Source: a virus | Lineage: Duplodnaviria > Caudoviricetes | DNA length: 54,804 nt | Direction: 5' to 3' (one strand) | Virus record (IMG/VR): IMGVR_UViG_3300017747_001955 | Coordinates: 1 to 54,804 of that record | Shown: piece after piece, positions 10,001 through 18,833 of the stretch | How the letters are laid out: each line of letters starts with the position of its first letter | Position numbering within the stretch: position 1 is the stretch's first letter | Notes under the pieces: model-generated | The model's input: only the letters and a program-made list of their open reading frames with translations | The model's database searches: none | Told to the model about the DNA's origin: nothing | Translations under genes and position numbers: made by a program

Positions 10001-13000
10001 GGTAAGGATTCTTAGTAGCATCTGCATACATACCAATTGATCCACCTACAAGTTTTACTGCTTCTGTAATGATACTCTGTAACTTAACTTTTTCTAGTCT
10101 ACCTTCTTCATTTCTTTGCCAAATCTTTCCAACAGACTCTTTAAGTCTTGCATTAATTGTAGCCAACATACTAACTCCTTTGTTAAAGCTAGCAGATATA
10201 CCTAATGAATCTTTAGATTCAGAACCCAACTCTCTACTGATAATTTTAGCAGTAGGTGAATACTTGCTTTGTTTTCTATAGATTGTCTTTTCACTCAGTC
10301 CTCTTGCAGTAACAGCATCTTCATATACCTGTATTGCTTTGTCAGCTCTTTGAGAAGGATCAGCAAGGGATTCTTCATATACAGTTTTATTACTAAGGAT
10401 ATTAATTTTACTTTGTAATACATCATTAAAGATTACAGGTACTACTGGAGTCTGACCTCTTTTAGTGTATGTTTTCAGCTCACTTGGTGAAACAGGTAAT
10501 CCTGAATTTTCTAAGTTCTGAAGAATATTAAATGTAGCAATTAACTTTTTAAAGTTGTCAACTGTTTCTTTTACATATCTACTTTCTTTTTTAGTACCAA
10601 GGATTTCTGCATTTTGAGTAAAGTAATCATTGATGTGTCCACCAAAGAATTCCCCAAATGCAACAGCACTGTCTGTTCTGTATCCAGATTGTTTTTCAAT
10701 CTTATCTATTTCATTTGTAACTAAGTCTTTAACTAAAGCATCTTTACTTAAGTAATGTAGATACTCAACAAACTTTGCTTCATCTTCAGTCATATTATAT
10801 GTTTCCATATAATGAGTGTAGTCACCATAAGGAACTAATGTTCCATCTGCTGCCATGTAAGAAGCTTTCATGTGAGCATAGAATGAATCAATGTCAAAGT
10901 CAGAACCAGCTAACATGTGCATTTGATAAGGTACGATAATACCTGATCCATATGCCTCATCAATATAGTCAACTACTTTACAAACTACCATTGATCTTCT
11001 TCCCTCTGTAGGGATACGAGTACCAAAGAATGTAGATAGATATTGTTCCATAAACTTCTGATCAACATCTCTCAATGCTTTAGGAAGGATTACTTCACAA
11101 TATATTTTTTGAACTTTTTCTTTTTTACCAGTTTTAGGATCAACTACCTCAACTGTTTCTTCTCTAAATGCAGGGTATCTAGTTTTAGCATCAGCATACT
11201 TCTCAGGATTCTTAAGATATTCTTCTTGAGTGACAATACGCTTTGAACCATCTGATAATGTCTCTTCAATAATTTGATATCCAAAAGGACTAATGTGATA
11301 AAACTTTCTACCAGCAATCTTCTTATCAAAGATTCCTTTGTTAAACATACTAAAGTAATAGTATGATACAGCTCTAGATATTCTATTTAAACTAGGACTG
11401 TACTTAGGAGTACCATCAGGTTTTAATTCAAACCACTGTAACATTGTTTCATCTGCACCTTGCTCTCTTAATCCATCTGCTATTCTATTATAAATTAATC
11501 CTACAATAGTAGCATCAGAACCCTGTAATAATCTTTGTAAAGATTTAGTTTGAGATATAACTGCATCCGCTAATCCTTTCTGATATGTTTCTATATCTTT
11601 TCTGATTTCTTTGTATTTAGGATCAGAAGGATCAAGTTGTGCTATAATCAATAACTTTTGTTGGATACCTTGTGTAATCTCATTAGCCATGTGATCTGTA
11701 GGTACCTGTACATAAGTAAGATCATTAGGAACCATTTCCATGGCCATATCTAATGGCAGGTACATTTCCTCATTACTTAACTTACTCAAGTCAATCTTTA
11801 TAGGACTTACTGTTGCTCTCTTGCTAGCATTTGTATCCATGAACTGTTCAATTCTATGGAGCTCCATACTATTAAGTAAGTTATGAAGTACTATTTTATT
11901 TTTGTTAGGTGCAAAGTAACTGTGAGCTCGTATTACAGATCTCTTATACATTTCTGCTATACTAACTTCAGACTCTTCAGTTGAACTAGCTTGTTCATCA
12001 ATAACAGTAAAGTCCATACCTTGCTCTAACATAGATGAATAGTATGCTATATCTCTGTATAACATATCTAATTCAATTTCAGTTTGTTCTAAATTTACTC
12101 CTCTAAACTGAGGCTTTAAATGACTAACATCTTTACGAAGTAATGTATGCTCTGATTGTTTAATGTATTCAAATGGAGCAGCAGCAACAGTTTTAACACT
12201 GTTAAATACTATACCCAAGTCTCTTAGTTTTTGAATATCTCTAGAATACTGTGGACTAGACTCAGTTATAAAATGCATTCTATGTATAATCTGCTCAATC
12301 TCTGGAGTTATTTTACCTTGAGCATCTTTGATAAAACGCATTCTATCTAGGGTGTTATAAGACTGACCATCTGCTATGGCAGAAGCTTTGTTTCTGTCTT
12401 TTCCATATTCATTACCTTGCTCATCTTTATGAGGCTCAATCTGCATTGACTTAGTTAAATCCTGATCATCAATAAAGAATTCAATGTTACTTGCAACAGC
12501 AGCTCTATAGTGAGTAGTTCCTCTGTTATAAGTTTTTGTACCTCTTGTTCTTTGAGTAGTTGATCTTAATGGATTATATAAATCTTCACCAGCACCTGCC
12601 CAAGACTTATTACGCTTGAAGTAACTAGGTGTATCTTTAACCCCAACAGCAATAGCTCCTTCAAATAACTGATTACCTAACATACCATTGATAAGATCAT
12701 TTAAGAAGAAGTCAGCAAGGAATGAATTAGTATTTACTCCACTAGGTAATTGAGTTTCATCTATATTAAGAGACATTAACTTTCTCTTATAGTTGTTTAT
12801 CTCTTCTTTGCCATATCTAGTTAACTGATCAGCTAATGTTTCAACTATTTGTTTGTCCTTTAACAAGGATTCCATTGAAGTGCCTTTTCTAGCTGCTTCA
12901 ATGAATACATCTCTTAGTCTAACTCTAACAGCAGCATTAGGACTTAACTCTGATATTGCTTTATCATGCTGAGCAATTTCTTGTTCACTGGCATTTGGCT

Positions 13001-16000
13001 TTAATCTAGGAAAATCTGAATTGAAGAATACATCTAGTATATTAAAATTAAAACCTCTTCCTTTGGCAGTGTTGTCATTATAATCTTTCCAGATTTTTGT
13101 AGCAGTTCCATCAGCATTCTCCTTGAAGTTCTTTACCATCAAGTTGTACTCTTGCTTTACAATTTTCATAAAGTCAAGTACATATAATGGATTACCTGCT
13201 TTTGTTTTTAAGAAGTTACCTTCTTCATCTGTATACTGATTATAGATACCATCTGCTATAAGGTTTGTACTAGTTGCCTCATTAATAGTAATAATTCTTT
13301 TGAATGTACTTAGAATTTGTCCTCCCTTTAATGCATAGTTGCGTTTGTTGAAGAATAATCCAAGTGCAGAAAGTGCAAATGATTTAGCATCAATACTTTT
13401 AAATGTAGTTCTTTCTCCCTCTTTTGTACCATTTTTTAAATTGAACTTTTGAGAGAATCCAGCAAATGAACTTACAGTTAATATCTCTAAGAACTTCTTT
13501 GTCCTAGGATCAGATGGATTTAAAAATGGATTGTCCATTATAAAATCTCTAAACTCAGGATAGTAATCTTCTATGATTTGTTCTAGACCATCACTAACAT
13601 TATCCATGTCATGAAGTTTTCTAGAAATAGTAAATGGAGGAGGAGCTTTAACAAACTTATTTACTTTGTTACCTTCTGCATCATATGTAGATGACCCTGC
13701 AATACTAGGATCATACTTAAGAATGAACTCACCTAAAGTACTAACATAGAAAGTTGAAACCTTTCTTATCTCATTGTCTAACTCAGTGCTTCTTAGTCTT
13801 TTTTCTCTAGAGTTTGTTGCAATTGCAACATCAATTGCTTTAGGTAATGAATAATATAAGAAGTTTGCTAAGTTAGGATTATACTCTCTTGATGCTTCAA
13901 AGTCTGTAAATGAAGATTGATTATTTATCAATAAGCTTCTATAGTCACTTCCCTTTTCAAATATCTTAATGTTACTGTCCATTGCAGTATAGACATTGTA
14001 TGTCAATAGTATTTCTACTGCTCCATAAGATATACCAAGATTAAACTTACTTAAAGCTACATAAGTGCTATCAATTAGTTTTCTAAGTGCAACATCATTA
14101 ACTGTACCCTGCTGAGTTATTAGTTTATCTTTTAATACAGGAAGATTAGTGAATATTGTAATACTTTCTCTTAAGAATTTTAGGTAAGGTTCAGCTTCTT
14201 CTTTTGTAACAGATAGACTAAGTAATGCATTTTTAAGAGATTGTCTAATTTTATTCAAATCAGTACCAATAACAATATCACTAACTCTATATTCTTGATT
14301 AGTTATTGTTTCTTTATTTACTTCTTTAGTGTACTCTCTTTTAGTTTCTAACTCAACTTGAACAAGCCTAGCATTACTACTGCTAAATGTATTCATGAAT
14401 TGAATAAGGACATGTCTATTTGTTGTAGCATTACCATCTGCATCTAATGATGTAATAGAAGAAAGAGTGGTTCTCACTGCTTTTAATTGATCTCTAAGAT
14501 CAATCATTTTAGAAATGTCTTCAGGTGTTTTAGTGCTACCTAACGCCTTACTAACTCTACTTTTAAGATTATTTGTATAGTAGTTAATATTGTTAGTTAA
14601 TCTAGTAATCTCTTTATCTAGATATGGAACAATATCTTCTTTTGCTAAATCACATGATATCTTTCTGATAGTACTGAATATCATTCTAGAATCAACCATC
14701 TTAGTACGCTTGATACCTAAATCAGGATCTAGATACTCATATGGAATGTATTTAAACATTGTTCTGAATGCAGCTGGGCCATCATCAACAGGAGTGTTAA
14801 TGAATCCTGAATCAGAGAAGTTCTCACCTAACTCTTGTTCTTCCTCACTTTTATTTTCTTTTTCAATAATCTCATCAATCTCATCAAAGTCAAACGCCAC
14901 TTCTAATCCACTGAATTGCTTAATAACATCTGATTTAAATGTATTAGCTGTTACTTTACTTGATGCAAGTAGTTCAGGTGAATCATTTCTATTTATTGGA
15001 TAGTTCTCGTAATCCTTCTTGTCTGTCTTGTTAGTATAAAAGAAGGTTTCATTGGTAGTATGGAATGCACCTAATAACCAACGAGACTTAGAATAGAAGC
15101 TACTGTATTTATCAGTGATTTGATCTTTGATAGCAACATTCTGATTAATAAGATTATCAATATTGTATTCTGAAGTTAATAGTTCTTCTCTAGCTATGTC
15201 AAATAATTCTTCATTTGTAAGTCCAGGATTGATGGCTTTATTCTTTGCCATCAAATGAATCATTTTATCAGATACTTCATTCACTACTTCAGAATCAATA
15301 GTCTGCATTTCAGGTGCAGCACTTCCTGATTTACGAGTTACAATAGCAGGAATACCACTGTATATACTAAAAACAGTTTGAGTGTTAGGCTTTGTTTCTT
15401 GTATAGGAGAATTTCTGAACTTACCAATAGATATGTCAAAGAATAAATTATCTATACGCCCACCTTTCTTAAACATGTTAAGAAGCTTCTTAAGCCATGC
15501 AAACAATTTTTCCATCCATGTTCTTGGAGCTTTATTTGTTTCCATGTACGCAGCAAAGCCGTCTGCTAAGTATTCTTCATAGATAAGATTCTTTATTTGC
15601 TCATCATTAAGATGCACATATCTTCTTTCTTTTCTAAAGTCATTAGCATATATTTTCTTATTACCTACTTTAATAAACTTACCTTTCTCATCTGTCTTAT
15701 AATCTCCAAGAACTTCTGCTGCTTTTCTAAGGTAATATTTTTGTTGAGCTGTTGTAAGTAGTTTTCTGAATACTGCATGGAAACCTTCATGATATGCAAC
15801 ACCTTTTGCTCTAAGAGTATCATTAAGGTATATCATTAAGTCTTGAGTATATCCTAAGATATCTCCATCAACAACAATTCCTTGATCAGCTTTATTAGTA
15901 AAAGTAAAAACATTAGGCATTAACTCTTGCATTGCTCTCATCTCACTTCTAAACTCATCTGAATTCAACATCATATATGTTTCCAATGAGTCAAGCATGG

Positions 16001-18833
16001 AGAAAACAATTTCATCATTTCCTGTTGGTTTCATTTTATTGATGTCCTCAACAGTTGATTCACCAGGAATAAAAACAGAAGGATCAATAATAGGCTCATC
16101 TGCTTTTACAGTTTCTACAGGTGCAGCAAATCCTTCAGGATTTACATTATCTGCTACAAATGTTTTTACTAATCTTCTAGGGATTACAATCTTCTTTAAA
16201 GCATTTCTGAATGTAAGATTTAATTTAGTAATCTGATTAGTTTGTAACTTCTGAAAAGAGTCTAATACATTCTCCTTGATGTTACGCTTACGCAACTTAA
16301 GAGATGTACCATCAAATAGTATATAGTTCTTGAATAAGTCATTAATCAAAGGTCTACTAATCTTACCTTCACTTAATGCTATATCATGATTGTCTATTAC
16401 CTTTTGAAACTTTTCTTTTATATCATTTGAGAACTGCTCATATTTATCATGTAGTTCTGCAACCAATGGATTCTCAGCACCTAACTTAGTAATTGCATCA
16501 ATAGCTAATTTGTTAGCTGCTTCTATTGTTATATTAGATGGTACTTTTACATTTGCTGCCTCATAGATTTTATTCATTGTATCAAAAATCTCATTTAACA
16601 AATCACTGTCAAATGCTATTTTGTTACTACTATTATTGAAGAAAGTATTAAATGCTTTTTTCTTTTCTTCATATGCAGCTATTTGTTCATCACTTGCATT
16701 CTTAGGATCAAGCATTACAAATCTGATCCCAAAACTCTTCTTGGATGAATCTTTAGATTGTGATAACACTACAATCTCAGGGCGAATACTTTCTGAGTTT
16801 ACATCAAATCCCCATCCTCTGTTATTCCAATTAGCCATTACAGTATTGCCTAATGCAATTGATGCATTGGCAAATGCATTCTGCATTCCACTAACTAAGT
16901 CAGCTAAGTCAGTTCCTGTAACTACATCTTTCTGATATACTAATGGAATTGCTTTTGGAGTTACAACATCACCAACTGGAGTAAGACTTACATAAAGAGC
17001 ATTCCTTGTACCAAAGTTATCAGCAGCCCATTGCTTAAGATCTATTCCTTGTTCTTTCTCTAAGAATGTATCAATACTTCTGTATACCTCTCCATTCTTT
17101 GCAACAATAACTTGATTCTCTCCAATTGTATTTACAACTTCCCATCTGTTCTTAATCTTTCTTAATACAATAGGTACTTTCTCTTCTATAGGTTCTCCAG
17201 TAGGATTACCATTTTCATCTAATGTCTGAAGTGGCATTAAGTATCTACCATTGAATTGATCAATGTAGTTCTTTAAACTATTATCAATTTCACTACCTTC
17301 AGTAAAGTTACTTGTAACAACACCATTTGTTAAGTCATAATAGTTATAGAAGATTTCTGATATGTCAATATCAGTTCCTTCTAATTCCATCTTTGCTTCT
17401 ACTTCCTTTTGGAATTCTTTATATCTTAAAGCTGATTGCTTTAATTGTTCAATCTGTGCATCAGTGATTGGTAGATATCTTGTTTCTCTAGATTCAACAC
17501 TATCCACCTCAATCATATTCTTTAATGCTTGAATATGCTCAGGGTTTTCAAAATCTAATTCTTCAACTGTATTATCAGGATGTAAGAAAGCCAAGTTAAC
17601 AACTGGCTCAAGTTCAAATGATAAATTACCTTGAAGATTACTAATGCTTACACTGAATCCTTTACTAGGTCTTGTAAATGTAAGAACAGTTTGACCATTT
17701 GATAATGCCTTATCTTGTATAGGCATTTCTGTAGTCTCAATTGATCTACCAAGTCTTGGTAAGTTAGTTGCAATTCTCTGACCTCTCTCAGCAAAAAACT
17801 GATTAGGTTTAGTAGTAGCTCTTACTCTAGTGCTCAAATAAAATCTACCATCAGAAGGCATTGTTTCAGCCATCTGTTCTTGTATAGTAGACTTCTCAGT
17901 TCCTGATCTAGTTGTAGGAATAATCAATCCACCAGTTATCTCATCAAAATGAAATCTGATTTTTAAATTATCAGGATTGATGTGTTCTTTATTATAAGGT
18001 TTCTTATTATATATTTCAGTAAGTTGGTCCTTCTCTTTACGATCAACTATAGTTTCATGTATAGCTTTACCTGGAGCATAGTAATGATGTTGCTTTGTAG
18101 TCTTATCATAGTACACTTCAAACATGTCACCATTAGCTCTTCTTAGAATCTTAAGAACACTTCCTTTATATTGTCCAATGCCTTCTGTATTACTAAGACT
18201 AACATATTCAATACCTTCTGTATATCCTTTTACAAGCTCTTCTTTTACAGCTTCTGCTCTTAAGATAGAAGTTGTTTTGCTAGGAGATTCTTCTCTTAAC
18301 TTTATTCTATCAACTAACTCATCTACTAATCCAATAGCTACTGTGTTAGCAGGATCCATAATTACAGGATCTAATTGTTGCTGATTCTCTACAATAGAAT
18401 TAAGTACATCATCAACTACCATTGAAAGATCAGAATTGTCTAGCTTTTGAATATCTGCTATGTCATCAATAATCTTTTCTTCAACTGTTTCTATCTCTAC
18501 ATCAATGTTTCTACCTAATATCTTCTGAACACCATCTAACAAAGGACCATACTCAAAAGGTTCTTTACCTTTTAAGAATGGCTCTAGATATTTGTTAATT
18601 GAACTATACTTTCCTTCAGACCACTCTTTGGTTTGAAGTCCCTCTATTTTGTTAGCAGCAGCATTAACATAGCCTGAGTAATACCATATAGCATGAATCT
18701 TTGCTTCTTCTTCTATAGGTAAACTAACTACATCTTCTATGATTGCTGATAGGTTTCTGTATTTAGGAAAGTTATTTTTATATGCATCTAGAAGTGTTGA
18801 TTCTAGTGATTCGTATGGAATGTGACAACTCAT
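7038..18833 (-). CDS. Virion-associated two-barrel DNA-dependent RNA polymerase, single chain, fused to a zincin metalloprotease domain and a C-terminal accessory domain (3931 aa)
   Basis: Catalytic motif AGSDFDID (DFDID at 10887-10901) preceded by TRIPTEG (~11002-11022) and ADGQ (~12364-12375), as in crAss-like/phi14:2 gp66-type RNAPs. HEGFH (15777-15791) with downstream EEYLAD indicates a zincin. IFVFGSN...GGAA domain near the C-terminus. Confidence 0.9.
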   Translation of the reverse strand: MSCHIPYESLESTLLDAYKNNFPKYRNLSAIIEDVVSLPIEEEAKIHAIWYYSGYVNAAANKIEGLQTKEWSEGKYSSINKYLEPFLKGKEPFEYGPLLDGVQKILGRNIDVEIETVEEKIIDDIADIQKLDNSDLSMVVDDVLNSIVENQQQLDPVIMDPANTVAIGLVDELVDRIKLREESPSKTTSILRAEAVKEELVKGYTEGIEYVSLSNTEGIGQYKGSVLKILRRANGDMFEVYYDKTTKQHHYYAPGKAIHETIVDRKEKDQLTEIYNKKPYNKEHINPDNLKIRFHFDEITGGLIIPTTRSGTEKSTIQEQMAETMPSDGRFYLSTRVRATTKPNQFFAERGQRIATNLPRLGRSIETTEMPIQDKALSNGQTVLTFTRPSKGFSVSISNLQGNLSFELEPVVNLAFLHPDNTVEELDFENPEHIQALKNMIEVDSVESRETRYLPITDAQIEQLKQSALRYKEFQKEVEAKMELEGTDIDISEIFYNYYDLTNGVVTSNFTEGSEIDNSLKNYIDQFNGRYLMPLQTLDENGNPTGEPIEEKVPIVLRKIKNRWEVVNTIGENQVIVAKNGEVYRSIDTFLEKEQGIDLKQWAADNFGTRNALYVSLTPVGDVVTPKAIPLVYQKDVVTGTDLADLVSGMQNAFANASIALGNTVMANWNNRGWGFDVNSESIRPEIVVLSQSKDSSKKSFGIRFVMLDPKNASDEQIAAYEEKKKAFNTFFNNSSNKIAFDSDLLNEIFDTMNKIYEAANVKVPSNITIEAANKLAIDAITKLGAENPLVAELHDKYEQFSNDIKEKFQKVIDNHDIALSEGKISRPLINDLFKNYILFDGTSLKLRKRNIKENVLDSFQKLQTNQITKLNLTFRNALKKIVIPRRLVKTFVADNVNPEGFAAPVETVKADEPIIDPSVFIPGESTVEDINKMKPTGNDEIVFSMLDSLETYMMLNSDEFRSEMRAMQELMPNVFTFTNKADQGIVVDGDILGYTQDLMIYLNDTLRAKGVAYHEGFHAVFRKLLTTAQQKYYLRKAAEVLGDYKTDEKGKFIKVGNKKIYANDFRKERRYVHLNDEQIKNLIYEEYLADGFAAYMETNKAPRTWMEKLFAWLKKLLNMFKKGGRIDNLFFDISIGKFRNSPIQETKPNTQTVFSIYSGIPAIVTRKSGSAAPEMQTIDSEVVNEVSDKMIHLMAKNKAINPGLTNEELFDIAREELLTSEYNIDNLINQNVAIKDQITDKYSSFYSKSRWLLGAFHTTNETFFYTNKTDKKDYENYPINRNDSPELLASSKVTANTFKSDVIKQFSGLEVAFDFDEIDEIIEKENKSEEEQELGENFSDSGFINTPVDDGPAAFRTMFKYIPYEYLDPDLGIKRTKMVDSRMIFSTIRKISCDLAKEDIVPYLDKEITRLTNNINYYTNNLKSRVSKALGSTKTPEDISKMIDLRDQLKAVRTTLSSITSLDADGNATTNRHVLIQFMNTFSSSNARLVQVELETKREYTKEVNKETITNQEYRVSDIVIGTDLNKIRQSLKNALLSLSVTKEEAEPYLKFLRESITIFTNLPVLKDKLITQQGTVNDVALRKLIDSTYVALSKFNLGISYGAVEILLTYNVYTAMDSNIKIFEKGSDYRSLLINNQSSFTDFEASREYNPNLANFLYYSLPKAIDVAIATNSREKRLRSTELDNEIRKVSTFYVSTLGEFILKYDPSIAGSSTYDAEGNKVNKFVKAPPPFTISRKLHDMDNVSDGLEQIIEDYYPEFRDFIMDNPFLNPSDPRTKKFLEILTVSSFAGFSQKFNLKNGTKEGERTTFKSIDAKSFALSALGLFFNKRNYALKGGQILSTFKRIITINEATSTNLIADGIYNQYTDEEGNFLKTKAGNPLYVLDFMKIVKQEYNLMVKNFKENADGTATKIWKDYNDNTAKGRGFNFNILDVFFNSDFPRLKPNASEQEIAQHDKAISELSPNAAVRVRLRDVFIEAARKGTSMESLLKDKQIVETLADQLTRYGKEEINNYKRKLMSLNIDETQLPSGVNTNSFLADFFLNDLINGMLGNQLFEGAIAVGVKDTPSYFKRNKSWAGAGEDLYNPLRSTTQRTRGTKTYNRGTTHYRAAVASNIEFFIDDQDLTKSMQIEPHKDEQGNEYGKDRNKASAIADGQSYNTLDRMRFIKDAQGKITPEIEQIIHRMHFITESSPQYSRDIQKLRDLGIVFNSVKTVAAAPFEYIKQSEHTLLRKDVSHLKPQFRGVNLEQTEIELDMLYRDIAYYSSMLEQGMDFTVIDEQASSTEESEVSIAEMYKRSVIRAHSYFAPNKNKIVLHNLLNSMELHRIEQFMDTNASKRATVSPIKIDLSKLSNEEMYLPLDMAMEMVPNDLTYVQVPTDHMANEITQGIQQKLLIIAQLDPSDPKYKEIRKDIETYQKGLADAVISQTKSLQRLLQGSDATIVGLIYNRIADGLREQGADETMLQWFELKPDGTPKYSPSLNRISRAVSYYYFSMFNKGIFDKKIAGRKFYHISPFGYQIIEETLSDGSKRIVTQEEYLKNPEKYADAKTRYPAFREETVEVVDPKTGKKEKVQKIYCEVILPKALRDVDQKFMEQYLSTFFGTRIPTEGRRSMVVCKVVDYIDEAYGSGIIVPYQMHMLAGSDFDIDSFYAHMKASYMAADGTLVPYGDYTHYMETYNMTEDEAKFVEYLHYLSKDALVKDLVTNEIDKIEKQSGYRTDSAVAFGEFFGGHINDYFTQNAEILGTKKESRYVKETVDNFKKLIATFNILQNLENSGLPVSPSELKTYTKRGQTPVVPVIFNDVLQSKINILSNKTVYEESLADPSQRADKAIQVYEDAVTARGLSEKTIYRKQSKYSPTAKIISRELGSESKDSLGISASFNKGVSMLATINARLKESVGKIWQRNEEGRLEKVKLQSIITEAVKLVGGSIGMYADATKNPYPGPLNLNTITTPVMLTMFSVGVPQRGAIMFQSLPVIAELTQTYSQTYGSAYSEKQKKVDKKFGKFLAESIKQDRKELLSELVNLGLLENGVLNTNNYRLIWTNEIRPDTPEEIASGIIPTTNFGWEIVDQNNVPLPYAIKNFILKNEFSNYMKLSNEISFTVTKLTDANKAIRPDIDTFDRLMNTYDDFFSQKGMEESKFTEESIINLKKAYPVLRANHEALKYMQKNSKLVMLDATSFMKGLTSIFSNIWGYAKEDVRKDLGAFVQLQLQKSAMEAMPDSPMRQIYLSLLDADNFLSGEIVSEVDKLKAKYPNNAFLKALTIKDEQNNVRVLEMSTGKMASKNNEIFNDFLSLLYSSYDTKITAFKIAYYGMIKSGTQSVRGSFYSLLPAIISQPMSDALIDLQKSLVELDRAIDQKYESFEDIDGVVKMPQEAEEEYNQKINEILSKSFKGVKLESIITDAISKLVSMRMLDNPSDVFPKTISPYRYAEVNTEVVTNFFNKVAPKSVDNITTKMGSRATLNQNDLKYRVGTDQFELFTPSGNTLELDLREVRPNPKMITASFDIQFLKDAGIKMQAKDGNYRFVFPVYRENIYGQMLVLKSINGKSVGQAFIDTLSQSDMQGDSDRLDLSGTTAVYEVVAKQGSTRISPLAFDQTNGAKIYNAVMSYQQMSSEKVAQLPSSMTVVRTSNRMYEIKSENKPSGNYLKTKLGLLDGSTISVANSVNGFMMIKGELRRAPGAGPEFNAVVNPEVYDNFAQTLGKSDWEDLKGDPKFKDFLSGKAVVFSWLLNSADINSPTAQPVQPTAQSTKRKTYSGKVTSLQPNQIFVFGSNPLGINGNPSKGTGGAALVAYNIAGVSQGEKMDNKLSDSGKAWGITTVTAPGKKRSKTAEEITEGIKKLYEYAKQNPTKEFLVSDYSGTNLNGYTGKEMADMFVNAGTIPSNIVFNDNFDKLISTQPTSINDITDQDINDVIKKKDDESKNCNGG

